Source: Macrostomum lignano (lineage: Eukaryota). From it: a DNA stretch of 64,000 bases. Location: contig NIVC01001737.1 of the NCBI GenBank assembly GCA_002269645.1, positions 62,001 to 126,000 of the forward strand, written 5' to 3'. The notes beneath the pieces are model-generated. The model was not told where the DNA came from and did no database searches. It worked only from the letters and a program-made list of their open reading frames with translations. Both the position numbers and the translations under genes were made by a program. This document shows, in pieces, positions 14,125 to 27,999 of the stretch (position 1 is the first letter of the stretch; every line of letters starts with the position of its first letter).

Positions 14125-15378
14125 GCTATGAGTTGGGTTCAAAGGTCTTCAACTCGACGGATGAGCGTATATGACATTACGCACTTTCTGTAATTACTTC
14201 GCTATCTGTAGCGTAAGCTTATCGTACATGCATTACAGGCATAGATATAGGCACCTCAAAGCTACGGATGAAATTTTGAGATCGATCAAGCACACCTAAT
14301 TTTTGTTTACTTTTAGTTTTGCAATCGCATGTGAGATGTTTAAATCCTTTAAACATTTTTTGAAGATTGAGATTTTGATGTTGATAGGCTCACCCAATAA
14401 TAGAGTGATATTTTAATGACAGAAATGAGACTTAGAATTGCAAAACTTAGATTTGAAACCATTGGGTAAGATTTCGTTACCTACTTAAAATTGGAGATCA
14501 TTCAAACACATGGAGGTAAGAGTAGATTTTTTAAAGAATTTGACGAATTATTGATAGAATTAGGTAATTTAACAATGCAAGCCATTAACAAAATTTCTCT
14601 GTAAACAAAAACAATTTTTCTACTACTTTCTTACGACAAAGAGTAGAAATAAAAATTCTCAATTGTTCTTGTAGATTTTTTGCAACGCAACGCTTTTGTT
14701 GTAATGAGAACTACACGAATTGGACACACGAATGCAAACAGTTTATAGAATAATTATTTTATGTAAATGTATGTACAAGTTGTGCACAGAAAATTGGTTG
14801 CGTAGTGGGTCAGTATAATGAAAAATGATTATTGTAGCACCATATAATATGTACAAACAAACAAGCGACCGTGATCCACGCATTAAAACTTGTCAACAGC
14901 TATTTGGCTTCTCTATTGTATCGTTGTTCGCATGTACTAAGTGCAGATAAAAACAATGTTAGTGCGGCGTGAGTGCAAGTCATTCTTTAAGGCATTATAG
15001 AAAGTGAAAGTTTTTATGCTTAGAAATAAAAGTTAATTATCGTTTATAAGCAAAGCCATGTAGTTCATAGTAAGAAGACAATACCTCGAAAGGTAATTAT
15101 CATAAATTATAAAAAGTCCAAAGCAGTTAAAATCGAACTAAGTTAAAAAAACAAAATATAGTTTTGAGTATTCAACGAATGATTCAAAAAGTTGTTAAGA
15201 AATTTGTTGACGTTTTAAACAAAAAACATTATTAATTAATAAAAATGATAGGCAGAAAAATGCTGATGCCGCTAAAATAGTCCTTAACACGTCTTGAAGG
15301 CGGACTGAAGAAACAGATTATAAAATAAACTTGAAAGAGGGAAGAGAACGATATAGCAAATAAGTTATCAATTCAGCT

Positions 15379-15938
15379 TTAGTCTGTTGGTGACACATCA
15401 TTGGCAGCACTGCTGGCACCTGCAGCAGCTGGAGACACCAGTCGAACTGGTTTGCTAGCTTTTCGCCTCGAATGCTGCTGCTGCTGAGGTTGGTCTGTCT
15501 GCTTCGGCTCTTGCTGTGCAGCTGTACTCTTCCGCAAATCTAGCCCATCGCCCTCCTCTGCAGCAGCCTGCTCAGAGGATCGATTGACTCCGAGAGTTGC
15601 CGCAGAACCAGATACAATTTTATTCCTCATCCGATGATTATGAAACCAGTTCGTAACGGTTTTCACTGGCAATCGGAATTCGTTAGCCAATTGTTCAACT
15701 GTGCCAACGGCTGGATAAGGCTCCCTGCTGAAGGCCTCCAGCAGTATCGCCTTCTGCGTCTCGGTGAACATGTAACGCGACTTCTTGCTCGGAGTCGCTC
15801 CGCCCTGAGGCGAATCAACGGAGCTGGCAGCGTCGGAGAAAATCTCGCTACTGTTGTTGTTGTTATTGTTGCTATTGGGCAGTGCAGAAGTGAGAGTCAG
15901 TGAAGCCGCCGACGTTAAGTTTCGGACAGATGATCCGG
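15379..15938 (-). CDS. cux: cux last exon with homeodomain
   Basis: [54 protein letters not shown]; acceptor TTCCAG at 15939-15944; stop TAA at 15381-15379. Confidence 0.9.
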
Positions 15939-18900
15939 CTGGAATAATTCAACAAAACAGATATTGTTGAATTGTCTATGACACTGTTTGTATCTGTGTG
16001 TACCTAGACCTTGGGACTACTTAATGCTACTTTGAATTCACCTTTTAAAGCTGAAATATAGTTCGAACAGTTTTTCAATTCACGATAAACGTTCAATAGA
16101 TTCAAAATGGAGGTCTTCTATTGAATTAAAAGAGTAGAATGAATGCTAAGGCCAATTTATCTGACTTCTAAGTTATCTGCACAGTAATACACTAATTTAA
16201 TGCTTGTCATTTTCAACTTGGAATATTCCTAATAGGGTGAGGAATAAAATCACATTTGCATTAGTGTAGTTGTCTATGGTCTCATGTCCAGATGGTTATG
16301 AAATTAATTCGGTGAAACGAGAATCGGCGAAACGAGAATCGGCAAAATGAGATTCAGCGAAACGAGAATCGGCAAAATGAGATTCAGCGAAAAGAGAATC
16401 GGCAAATGAGATTCAGCGAAAAGAGAATCGGCAAAATGAGATTCAGCGAAAAGAGAATCGGCAAAATGAGATTCAGCGAAAAGAGAATCGGCGAAATGAG
16501 AGGTACCCATTTCTTGCCGCAAACAAATGTAAGATTTATAAAATTTTATAACCCCCTTTCTGGACTGAAGCTTTCTAATAAAAAACGGAGACTTCTGTGG
16601 GTCCGCGACATAGACAGTGCTTGGCAGTATAAGACCGTATTTAAAAACATCTCAAGAACAAACCCGATTCTAAATTGTCTGGGGTTGTCTGGAAGTGAGA
16701 ATTCATGGTAATGGCCATAGACATGAGCGGCGATAGCCATGACTCAATTTGGCCATTACCATGTTTTCTCACTTCCAGCTAACTTCATTGGTCAATTCGT
16801 CCATCAGGATCCGTGTGGGAAGGGGGAATGGTGTGTGGGGCGAAACCCCCACCAACCATAGACTATTTTATTTTACGCTCATAGACTAGTTCGTTTTCTA
16901 AAATGATATCCCGGTAAATTGTTTTATGGTCAATTTCAAACAATGACTGGTCATTGCTTGAATGTCATTGCCTTAACGTAAATTACCATAGACATTTTGA
17001 ACAATGACATCCTAGGACAGACCCATCGCGAGACATCAAACACTATTCAGAAACCAATAATGCACTGTTTTGAAGACTATTAAAGAAATTTAACGCTCTT
17101 TAAAAAACGCTGACAACCCTCTTCGGACGTGTAAAACCCTTCGAGGGTTCTGGTTTGAACTTTAATCCTAATTGCTCTGTCAAAGCGACCCTGACTTGTT
17201 CGTCTCAGCATAGAAATCCTGCACCTGAATCTAACATTGACTGGTGGGCAGTGCGTAGCATTAACGGATCATTGTTAAAGAAGCAACAAACCTTCCAAAG
17301 ATGACAGAGTAGTCTGATCCGGACTAGCTAGCCACAGGTTAAGCCGCAGGTAGGGCTCCCGACCCTTAGCGCTGAGCTGGTTCCAGGGCACTGGCGACTC
17401 AAGCAGTTCAGCGGTGGCCTCGGCTGACATTCCGAGCACTGACTCGCCAAGCTGCGCGTAGTTCAACTGACTGCGGTTCATTGCCTGTTGAAAAGGAAAG
17501 CAAAATGTTTATTGGGGATATGCGAATAAATTCGTGAAGTTTAAAATTCAGTAATTGAATTATAGTGTCAATAGGGTCAATTGACCCCAGGATCAGCTAT
17601 TCAGGTGTCAATTTTATTAATAAATGATGAATTACTTACCTCCAGCACAGCGTCGCACACCTGCTTCGTGTCAATGTCAAGCGTAATGCTGCTAGCTAGC
17701 TGGGCAATGGCGCTATCTGGGAGGTAACTGGCCGCATTGGCGCAGATTGACGACATTAGCGTCGTGCCAATGGGATCGGCGCCCGATAAGACCTTCTGCT
17801 GCTGCTGCTGCTGAAGTTGAGCCAAAGCTGCCAACGATGATGCCGACTGTCTCGACGGCATCGGCGGATTGTTGACAATGAGGCGATTCAAAGCCTCGGG
17901 ATCGTCAACGAATAGGCGCATTCGGATGAACGGTTCGCGACCTTTCTGCGTCAGCATCGACCATTGCTTTGGCCTGGCAAGCAGGTCGCTAACTGAACCC
18001 TGGCTGAGCCCGAGGACCTGAAACGCGTGGTTCAGTTGCTATGTTGGAACAAATCATAAAAAGTCATCGTGAAGCTACCAAGGACGACTTAACTAGAAGG
18101 ATGCGGAACCTAAGGAACTATATTACTTGAAGAATTGTATCTCCTGTCTACAGATCGAATAATAATTGATTGCATCTTTATTTAAAACGTGTTTAACTCG
18201 AAGGTTTAGACTTATATGAGGTTAGCTTTAGAAAATTTCTAGTCAAGATGTACCTAACAATATAGAGTAATTCTAAGAAACATACACTAACTTGATTGGG
18301 ATTAGAATCATTAGATATTCAAAAGCGGGGCTTCAATTATTAAGTATCATATTGAACAAAAAGCATCTTATTAAAAGTTCGTATCTTCGTAGTTGTATTC
18401 TTTCGCGTAAAACCATCCATCATTTTTTAGGAATAGAAGTTTCCCATCCTACTTAATTCGCCCTTGGTGGCTACAGCCTACAATACAGTCAGAATTCAAT
18501 TTTACCTGCTCTCCAAACAGTCTCTGACTAATGGAGTATTGATTAAGCAACTCCTTGACCTCCTTGACAAGGTCCTCAGTGTTGAGATCCCAGTACTTCT
18601 CCACTTGCTCCTTAGTGATTGGCGGTAGAAGCATTTTACTCTGCTTCAGTGTAGACATGGAACTGCTTGGTGAAGCCCCTAGACTCAATGTGGGAAGCTG
18701 ATGCGAATCATCCAACTGCTGCTGTTGCTGCTGCTGCTGAAATTCACCAGGTGACAGGAACTGCAGCGACTGACTGGAGTGCCGCTTCCTCTTCCGCGAT
18801 GCGCCGCCCACCTGGCTCCGCTGATCGGCGCCGTCGTCAACTTTGACGCTCTCCATAATGAGAGAGTCAGATTCCAGGGCGCGCATTTCCAACGCTAGAC

Positions 18901-20120
18901 GCTCAGCCGTCTCTTTGTCACCGTCTGCGTTGGCCTGCGCAAGAGCGCTTCTAAGTTGTTCCTATCGAATAAGGTAGTGACGTGCTCGCTAATGAATACC
19001 TGTTTCACTTCTCAAACTGATTATGTAGTTTTAAAATAGCGTATCTTTCTGCTGCACCTTTTGTCATTAAAAACACTATTTACGAGGACTTCGTATGAGT
19101 TATGAAATATGCCACAGTCTCAGGACAAACATCAAAACTTCTTTCTAAGTTATATACCTCAGCATTATCGACGGCTGGCAGCTATATTCTTGTTTTTAAG
19201 AGGTGTGCAACAAGAAGCTTTCGTATTTCGTACCTTCGTATTCTAAAACTTTGTGTAATTGCGCTCTTCTTTTCTTCGGTAAAGGGAATTTCACCTTGTG
19301 TATTTATATTCCTACTGTAGTAAATATTGTATTGTATAAAGTATTATTTACCTGGTAGATGCCTCGCACAATGTCCCGCGTGGTGCCCTGCTGCCCGGTA
19401 ATGCCAGCCGAGTCATCCTTCTGTGCGCTTGCTGATGCAGGCATTGGCGGAAGCAGCAACGGCTGCTGCTGCGGCTGAGGCGCGTCCATCACCAGATTAC
19501 CAGAGAACTCGCCCGACTGGCTGGATGACGGGCTGGCGTCGCTTTCAAGTGTTGCTTCAGCAACGGCGTTCGAGTCATCGGCTGCCCCAGCTGTTGCAGT
19601 TGGTTGCAGAGTCAGCGAGAGTTGCACCTGCGGTTGTGTGGACTTCTTCGGCTGCTGCTGCTGCTGACGGCGAGAGTCCAGACTCAGTAAAGACAAGGGC
19701 TCTTGATCCATTGATGAGGCTTGCTCGGAAGCTGCAGTATGTTTTTTTAGTAGTTCTCATTACTTTCCATGTTTTCAACAAAGGATGAAAACAACATACT
19801 ATTAAAGGGCAATAGAAATTCATAAAAACATCATTACCCTCACCTTGATTTCCTCTCTTAATAGGCGCCATGGCTTTCAGAGCTAATACGCTGCTCTCGT
19901 CGGCAGCCCAAATGCTCATCTTTCTGTAGCTTTCTCTACCCTTCTCCGTCAGTTTATCCCATTGTTTTGGCTTGCTCAACAATTCGGACACGGTGCCCTG
20001 AGATAGGCCAAGCACCTGTTTAGCAAACAGTCTCTGGCCGATGTTGTGCCGACTGAGTAGAACTCGTACATCAGCAGCGATCTGGTTCGTATCGAGTGGC
20101 GGCCAAAGCATTGACTGCTG

Positions 20121-20151
<31 letters not shown>

Positions 20152-20262
20152 TGCATGTTCAGCAGTTCTAATTGTTTGTCCTTATCCACCGATTTTTTCC
20201 CTCGCGAACTGGCTGTAGTTGAAGAAGACGGCTTTAGAGTTGGGTCCTTATTCGGTTGCTGC

Positions 20263-20294
<32 letters not shown>

Positions 20295-22185
20295 TTGCTG
20301 CTGCAACATCTTGAGCATATCAATACCATAGGCTCCGCCGGCGGTTGCAGCCGAAGTGAATGCAGATGTCAAGTCAAATGCTGCACCACCAATCCCAGAG
20401 GTGCCCGGCGTAGCTAATAAGAAAGGCGCCTGCAAACTCAGCAGATGCCCGATCTGCATCTGATCGATCAAGGATGTCGCCGAGGGCTGCTGCTGCTGCT
20501 GCTGTTGCTGATACTGACTGCTTGCTGACGTTGACGGAATGGCTGTTAAAGACAACCGAATTTACTACTTAATTAGATCTAATTAAGTTAATTAGACAGA
20601 TTAAACTCAGTATAAATAACACCTTAAGCTCGACGAGCAAAAAAAGTATTTTCTCTTCGTTGCAATTTTCCAATTTTTACTACGACCTAACTATTAACTG
20701 TATATAATTCATACCATATCAAGCAACTATCTAGGATTGAAACAAAATTCTCTACGGTAAAGATTTAAAACTACTGAATAAATAGTGCGCTCAGCTTCGT
20801 GGCCTCAAAATTATGTCAAAATTTTAAATGAGATTTCAACCATATTCGATGTACATGGACAGGTTAGCAACCACGTAATTAAGTTAACAATAATTACTTG
20901 TACGCACCTGAACTAGCGCTAACTCGGGTCTGTGGCTGTCCGAAGTTGCCAGCCTGCTGACTACTGTCTGGTTCTAGTTGAACTTTCAAGTCTGACGCCT
21001 GTTAAAGTACGCGCGCATGTAGATTTGATAGGATAGTCTCAGTTACAAGGTACAGATGGCACAATGGCACAATGATTAAATTATAATAATCAACAAATTA
21101 CGAGCGTACTTACCTTCTGACGTATTCCAATCAGACCTTCGAGAAGTTGGTTAACCTGTTAGAAATCGAAGTGATAGACAGGGAATAGGTTTGTTAATAA
21201 AGCAATTTCACGATTGGGCTGCATTCAAAGTACAGAATTGTATATTGTATTATAATTGGAATAAGAGTTAATAGTTTACTCGTAAACAAAATCAATAAAG
21301 AAATAAAACTATGGTAACCATTTTCTTCGGTCTGTCACGTAATAATCTTTTTCAGAGTTTCGTCTTCTTTTTAAAGTTTTAAAATATTACTAAAAGTAGC
21401 AATGCAAAACACAAAGCATCGAGCTAAAATCGCTCCTTTACCTCAGATGCTTGAATGCAGTATCCATCAGCGCTTTTCAAGCTTTCTTCTTGAATCTTAA
21501 CGAGATGAGATTCGATTTGAGAAGCGTCCTGTGTGGTAAGGATTGTAAAAAATGCATTTATTTCGAAGAAATCTGGGAAAACTCATTCAAAGCCGACTGG
21601 ACTGTATTATACTCACCCTTTCGATGCACTTTATTAAATCTTCAGGAGACAGCAGCAGAGGCATGTGATGATTATTGGCACTGTATGGAAAAAATTAATA
21701 AATTAATTACAGGCTTAAAGTCAGGCTTAGACTTAACACAATTTTTTTCAAGGCAACTTACGAGAACAGTCCTCGACCATTCAAAGAATCTCTGGATGTA
21801 CCTTGTTTGGATTTACCTGCAAGGATGATGCAATAACAGATTGATAGAAAATAAATATAGTTTACCAAGGTATAGGATTAAATTTTAGGCCGGCATGTTG
21901 TATAGTGATAACAACGCCTCTGGGACTGGTGCCTTTGCTTTTTTGCTTTTGGCAAAAGTTCGTGACGTTTTAGCGCAATCAGTTATACTAAAATAAAAGC
22001 TAATAATTGATCTTTGAAGTCTAAAATTTCTGGAATAGGCGTAAGGAACAAAGGTTAGCCGGAGGAGGTCGAGGATAATCTAAGTGTTTTAAAATAACTT
22101 CAACACTTTACTCACATTTTTCCGAATCCATCTTCTTTTCATCGTGCAAAGTCAAAAGTGAGTTGTCGAATAGAACTCCAGTCAT
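15379..22185 (-). CDS. cux: Cut/CUX-family homeobox transcription factor (3 CUT repeats + homeodomain), 12 coding exons, ~1024 aa
   Basis: Phase-consistent GT-AG exons: 22185-22116, 21816-21762, 21680-21617, 21528-21442, 21155-21114, 20998-20908, 20542-19844, 19731-19352, 18961-18506, 18017-17640, 17484-17292, 15938-15379 (sum 3075 nt). CUT1 [44 protein letters not shown]; CUT2 QRLFGEQ|[17 protein letters not shown]; divergent CUT3; homeodomain ending NWFHNHRMR (Cut type). The N-terminal exons and the start codon are less certain. Confidence 0.9.
16305..16508. repeat. ~31-bp tandem array (GAGAATCGGCAAAATGAGATTCAGCGAAAA) in a cux intron, ending in a GGG-type terminus
   Basis: Direct tandem units; the right end reads GGGTACCTCTCATTTCGCCG on the minus strand. 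Confidence 0.8.
19844..20542 (-). CDS. cux: cux exon with polyQ tracts and CUT1
   Basis: Acceptor TTTAACAG|CC, donor AAG|GTGAGG, complete CUT repeat. Confidence 0.9.
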
Positions 22186-22240
22186 GATCTGCAATTCAAT
22201 TCCAAACGTTGTTGCTAGCGACCAGACCAGCAGTTGTCGA

Positions 22241-23200
22241 ACTGAAAATTAGACAACAGAAGCTTTAGCCTTATTATAGTGAGATTAAAAACAGCCTTTC
22301 GTTCCGTGTCACTCAGTCTGGGTTCGCTTGGGGGAGGTGGGTGTATTTTCGATTTTGTATTCAGTTCGGCGCCATATATATGTACACAAAAATACGCCGC
22401 AACAGAAGACAAGCAATAATTTTGCCTTCCTGGAGCTGACTAGTTCTGTCCCCGATTCATGCCCGAGCCGGCCTCCTCACTCCTTCAGCCCACCTCTCCA
22501 ATCCACTGACTGACTTTGCTTATGTGGCTGGAAAACCTCTCTCTCTCGGCAGCCCACCCCACTCACTCCATTAACAGCCGATCGCGAGCTATTGATTAAA
22601 TGGAGGAGGGGTGGACTCTCTGCAGACGGAAAACTTTGGACTGACTGAGGAGGGGGGTTGGAACTGACTGACTTGGGGTCGGAGGCGTGGGGAGGGGTTG
22701 AACTGAAAAATCGTAAAATGATAGTCAAGGCAAAGGGGGGTTTGGCTTGGTGTACGGGCCCGCCTGATTTTCAGTGTCGCATACAGTTGCGTTGTGTGTG
22801 TGTGTGTGTGTGACTCAATTAAATTGGGTATTGGTTCAGTCCGTCAGTTTCGCCAGCTCCACCTTTCCTTACCAAAGCCCCCCAACCCCAACTCCGGCTC
22901 CGCGCACGCGCTCTCTCACTTGCACAAGGTCCAAGTGCAAACACATGCAATGGCAATGCTAGTTTTTAAAATGGCTGACTGAAGGGATGAGGTGGGCTTT
23001 TGATTTTGGCTGGGTGTAGATTGCGTTACAAGGAAAATCGAGAATAGACAGTATTAAATAGGGGCTGCAAGCCTGCAACACTCAAGGCAAGGTTTTTCAA
23101 ATTTATAAGCCCCGGGCCCAGTTCCACAATCTCTTGCCGATGTGTGTACATTAGCGCTAGAACGCTGAATTGTGCTGTGCACAGGCGCTCCCAACCCAAC
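22241..23200 (-). promoter_or_regulatory. Putative cux 5' region/promoter
   Basis: An acceptor TTTTCAG just upstream of 22241 implies a further 5' exon or a trans-splice site. G/C-run and (TG)n-rich non-coding sequence lies upstream. Based on position only. Confidence 0.3.
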
Positions 23201-24138
23201 TAACTATATCTTTAATCCAATAAGAGTACTGAAAAAATGACGCTTTACTTTGAGGTGTTGCAGTTCTTATTAAAAGAAGAGGTTTATTTCTTTGCTTTTT
23301 TCTCTGCTGTCGATCCAAAAAAGACTATGCAATGAGAAAAACAGACATACACAGATAGAGTGGAGACAGTTTTAAGAGGGTTAGTTGGACTAACGACTCG
23401 GTTATTTTGGTTTTTTGATTCGGCATATTTAAGTTGCACAATGCACACAAGGAGCTCACATCCGCATTCTCCACCATTAATGCCATTCCATAACCACAGT
23501 TTTGGTAAATTAAAAACCTCAAACATCAACTTTCATATTCTCTTTTTAACTACAATTGCTTGTAAAGCATTTCTGTATTTTCGCTTTGTCAACATAAAAA
23601 TAGTCAATAACTGCAGATAACGATTTTCAGCCAAATTGTTTACACCACCTTTTGTTGGCCCACATGTACTCAGCAACATTGAAAAGTCGCCACTCTTTGC
23701 GCCAGACAGCAATTTCTTTTGGAACTATTCGGAAATACGAGAAAATTGAGGGGTAGCTTTAATCCGTCCAACCCTCGCACACCGCTCCCCCACTTCATTC
23801 CTCAACTCAAGTCGGCCGCGTGGCGTAGATGAGTTGCATCACTCGCAAAGATTGAGAGACTTTGCCTCATTGCCTGCACTCTCAAAAGTGGCGACCACAG
23901 ACGGAATCTTCTGTGATGGCGACAGAAGATTCCAAGAGAGAATAGTCCAAGAGAAATTGCTCACTGACGCATAGAGTGCATGGTGACTTTTTAATGTTGC
24001 TGAGTATTTGTACAAATATGTGCAAACCAAAGCAGTAGTTCTCAGCCCAAGCGTCGTTATCCGTCGATTTAAAATGTATAAAAAGTACATATTTGTCAGC
24101 GGCGTCGATTCACATCGGAAACGTCGGCCCGACGTCGG

Positions 24139-24318
24139 CAGGGGCGGATCCAGAAAATTTTTGAGGGGGGGGGCAAGCTACACCAAGCACTACAACCCAA
24201 TTTTGGAAAATAGACCTTACATAGTTACAGGCCAAAAAAGTATTGTCCAATTTTTTTTGGCCTCGGCTGAGGGGGGCCATAACCCCCTTGCCCCCCCCCT
24301 ACCCCCGGTCCGCCCCTG
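24139..24318. mobile_element. 180-bp hAT-like MITE (CAGGGGCGGA TIR) with perfect 8-bp TSD
   Basis: CAGGGGCGGATCC...GGTCCGCCCCTG; TSD GACGTCGG at 24131-24138 and 24319-24326. Confidence 0.85.
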
Positions 24319-27300
24319 GACGTCGGATTGCTGTATACGAATTTCAATTCCAAGAGACGCAGAATTCCACTGAAATAAACATAGCCCTGATGTTCCCTTC
24401 TGTTTTAGTGACCCCGCCGAAAACCACTACATGGAAACCTTGATAGAGTCGACTCAAAGGCTAAAGAGCACCGCGAAAGAGCACATCAAATGGAATAAAA
24501 AAACTTTTTCAGACTACTGTTTATATAAAACTGATAATTCAATAGCAATTAAAGCAATTAAATACAGGTACAGCCTTCACCTTACCTTCTTACTTACAGA
24601 TCGATTATGCTATCGCAATGGATACAATACCAACGATTGCACGAGCGTATTTATGCGAACTTCTGATAATATATGAGCAGTGTTTATTTCAGATAAATAC
24701 GCTCATTTAGTTCGTATAAGTTTGTGCAGAAAACTCTTTCTGCTGCTCAGCGATTCAAACGCCCGAGCGGGCGCCGAGCAGTTAAATAAATCGAAAAATA
24801 CCCCCGGCCAATTGCCCTCTCGCGTGGTATTGCATTCCTATTGCACTAAGCGTTCAAGAGTCGCTCTCGCTCCACTATTTTTTACTCCTGACATGAGGGG
24901 GCTTGCATTTTCCAATTGGGTATAGTATAGGGCCGGCTGCGAGTGCGTCAATACCCTCAATACCCTCAATAGGTGAAGCGCTCTCTGGTCTAATTAATAA
25001 TAGAATGCTCTTCTTCTCCTGGGGGTGGGCTCCTTGCCAATGAACAATGAACACGGCGTATTGGTAAATACAGATCGTGTGCATTGATCTGAAGTGGAGA
25101 GAGAGAGGGCTTACGCTGGCAATAGCTCGCGCACAATGCCATCGGGCAGTGGGGTCACCCCTTCCTGCCGCATTGGATTGAATCGGAATCCGAAAGACTG
25201 AGGAGAGTGAGGTTGGCGAACTTGTCTCTTATTCAATTCTTTTCCTGCCTTTTCCTGAGGCAGCCGCCTCTGCACAATTCAGAATAAGGGGAGGAAGGGG
25301 TGGGTTAGTTGTTAAGGCAGGACGTCGAACCGAACCGAAGCAAACTAATATTGGATTTGATTTGCGCGCCCCGCCCGAGTCTCGGCTCGAACAGAGAAAG
25401 AAAATGACGTGGGTTGCTCTCAGCCAAGGAGACCTCAGATGAGAAACTGGAGAGCTGTCAACTCTTCCCCAAACCCTCGATCATTTTACATTACATGGGT
25501 ATCATAAGTCTCCGTAGCCCGTATCCTACTTAAAATTCATGGCATTATCCAGAGTAATATTGAAAACTGGTTTCTGCAGAAGTTTTGAGCACAAAAAAGT
25601 TCGAAATTTTGAACTTGACACGTTCTCAAAAGTTATTGCAGAATTTGTTTTTAATTTCTCCTGGACCGATTTGAAATTTTATAGTGACGTTTGACATTTG
25701 AAGTTGATTGTTTCAAAATGGTTCTGTACTGAGGATAAGCAACTTATACGAGCGTACATATAGGCCGGCACTGCCTCCCTCTCAAATCCTGCTCAATTGC
25801 AATGAAGCCTTTCTATGGACTCTACTTGTTCCCATGAACATTTTTCCTTCGAAGCCTTCTTATCTTAGGTCAACTCACACACTCACAGACTGTTTCTTTA
25901 TCGCTAATCACCTTCTGTCATACTTAATCATCGTATCATGCTTACAAAATTGTGGAATAATTAAGAATCCCAAAAATTTGTAATTTTGATGACGAGGTGA
26001 TGAGGAATCGGTTAAATCAAATAGAATTATTTATGATACCAGGTAGCTTTATCAAAAGTGTTCCGTGCAGTGCAGACTCATACAGATTGCTGTAACAAAT
26101 GCCTAGAAAATCTCCAGATTTTCGTTCTAAAAAGTCTCCTCGTCTTGCCGTTCCGATCGTCACCCACCCGCCCTCCAATTTCAGAGCACGCGGAAAGAAA
26201 AGCAGCCGTTTTTACCTCGAGAGGGTTTTTTCCAGTTTGAGAGGAGAGAGAGGGTTGCCGCAGCGTGACTCTCAATTGAATCGATAAAATGGTTTTGCAG
26301 TCTTCCAGTCGTTCGTACACCTAGGCAACTATAAACTCGGCTTTGTTTTGTTCGCATTGCAGATGAGGCGGGGACAGAGTTTATAGTGTATAATTTTAGG
26401 CATGCTTCAGCATGGACTGACTCACTTGTATTCGATTCAATTCAGCCCCCACTACCCTTATTGAATTGTTGAATTCTTGCCTCAACTCTATTCTGCTCAA
26501 ACTAAATTGCTTTTCTCCACTAGTTTGTGTACAATAGCTATAAACTGCGTATAGATGGGTCTTCGAATTATAAAACGAACGCGATAGCATTCTATTTTGC
26601 TTGTCGAATATATGCATACATACTATAGGGCTCTGTATTGTGATGAAAGACAGAAAATATGCAATGCATCAAACTATATATCACTGTTTGCGTCAACAGT
26701 TGATTAATTTTGGCCAACAAGACGCAGGCCAGAGAGAATTCAGTTTTCAATTGAAGTTTTCAACTATATGTAAATATATATAGCCTCGGAAGTTTTTCTT
26801 ATCGAAAAGCTTTTCTTCCAGCATTTGAAGCTCTGTAGGTGTGCAATGTGCATGTTCGGGTTAAAGTATGCTATTAATCGAAATTATCAAATAAAACGCA
26901 CAAAGTTCAGTTCGACTTGTTGCTTTGCATAGGAATCTATAGCCAGTAGGCAAGCGCAGTTGAGAAAGAATAAAACTTATACCAAATTGCGTATATTGTT
27001 TAATGCGCATCGATTTTCGAATATGATTTGATAGCTCATAAGTCCGATGAAGTACTCGATAAGTCCAAACTATAGGCTTAGCTAACTACTGTGTATTCAT
27101 GTACGGGTATTCAATATTCAAATATTGCACCGCTGCATCATCCGCACGCTTTTATTTTAACAGTTTTCCACTTAAGTTCTTTTCGACTCGCGATAGATTA
27201 CTTACGCCGTGATGGAGAGCCATCCAGTGGAGATAAATAGCTGCTCTGGACTCGGATATTATCGTTTTTGTTATTGAAACTTTCATAAGTTTGACATAAG

Positions 27301-27999
27301 GCCGCGTACTGTAAAGTGCATGGCTTGTACAACGTAACAACGAAATATTACGCAGGTAAATGGTAATAGAGCACAAAAAATACTATATAGCGGCTATAGA
27401 CACAATGAGTAGCGATCTCAGGCCTCAAGGCACCTTCATGATTAAAAACCTTACCCATGACCCCGTCCACAGGGCCCGCAGCTGAAATTATGGCGCTCAG
27501 CTCAATGTCCACAAAGACACGCCGTTTCTGTTACGTTACTCCCCCATGAAAAAGTTTAGCAGTCTACGCCAATATAAATGAAAATGATAGATCAATGTGC
27601 CTTGTGTACAAATTATGCAGCTTAAATTTACTAGCAAAAAGTTGCTTTCGCTTGACGCTATAAAGATTACGATGCAATAAATAGAAATAAAGTAGTATCG
27701 TAAGACTATGAACAGTGCCGACAAAATTGCCCCCCTAAAAATAGGGGGTTTCCTCCAGAAACTACTCCTCCAGAAACTCCTCCAGGGGGTTTCCTCTAGA
27801 AACTACTGACAGCTCGATTGTTATCACTACTTGGACGTGGTATCGTGGTACGTGGGTACGCTCACGTAGGAGATAGGGGCGCCAACCAAGACATCAAATG
27901 TTGGTACCCCTAAGGGTTGCGGCCCTCTCCAGTTTAAAATTCCTAGACGAATTAAGCTGATTCCTCTTCTAAATCAATTTCATTTAGCGATTGATTTTT

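Noticed and set aside
8120-14150. Shared TTGGGTTCAAAGGT motif at ~8129 and ~14132
   Set aside because: A short match with no flanking homology; probably chance.
20041-20331. Poly-Cys ORF on the plus strand
   Set aside because: Antisense shadow of the CAG/CAA polyQ tracts of cux.
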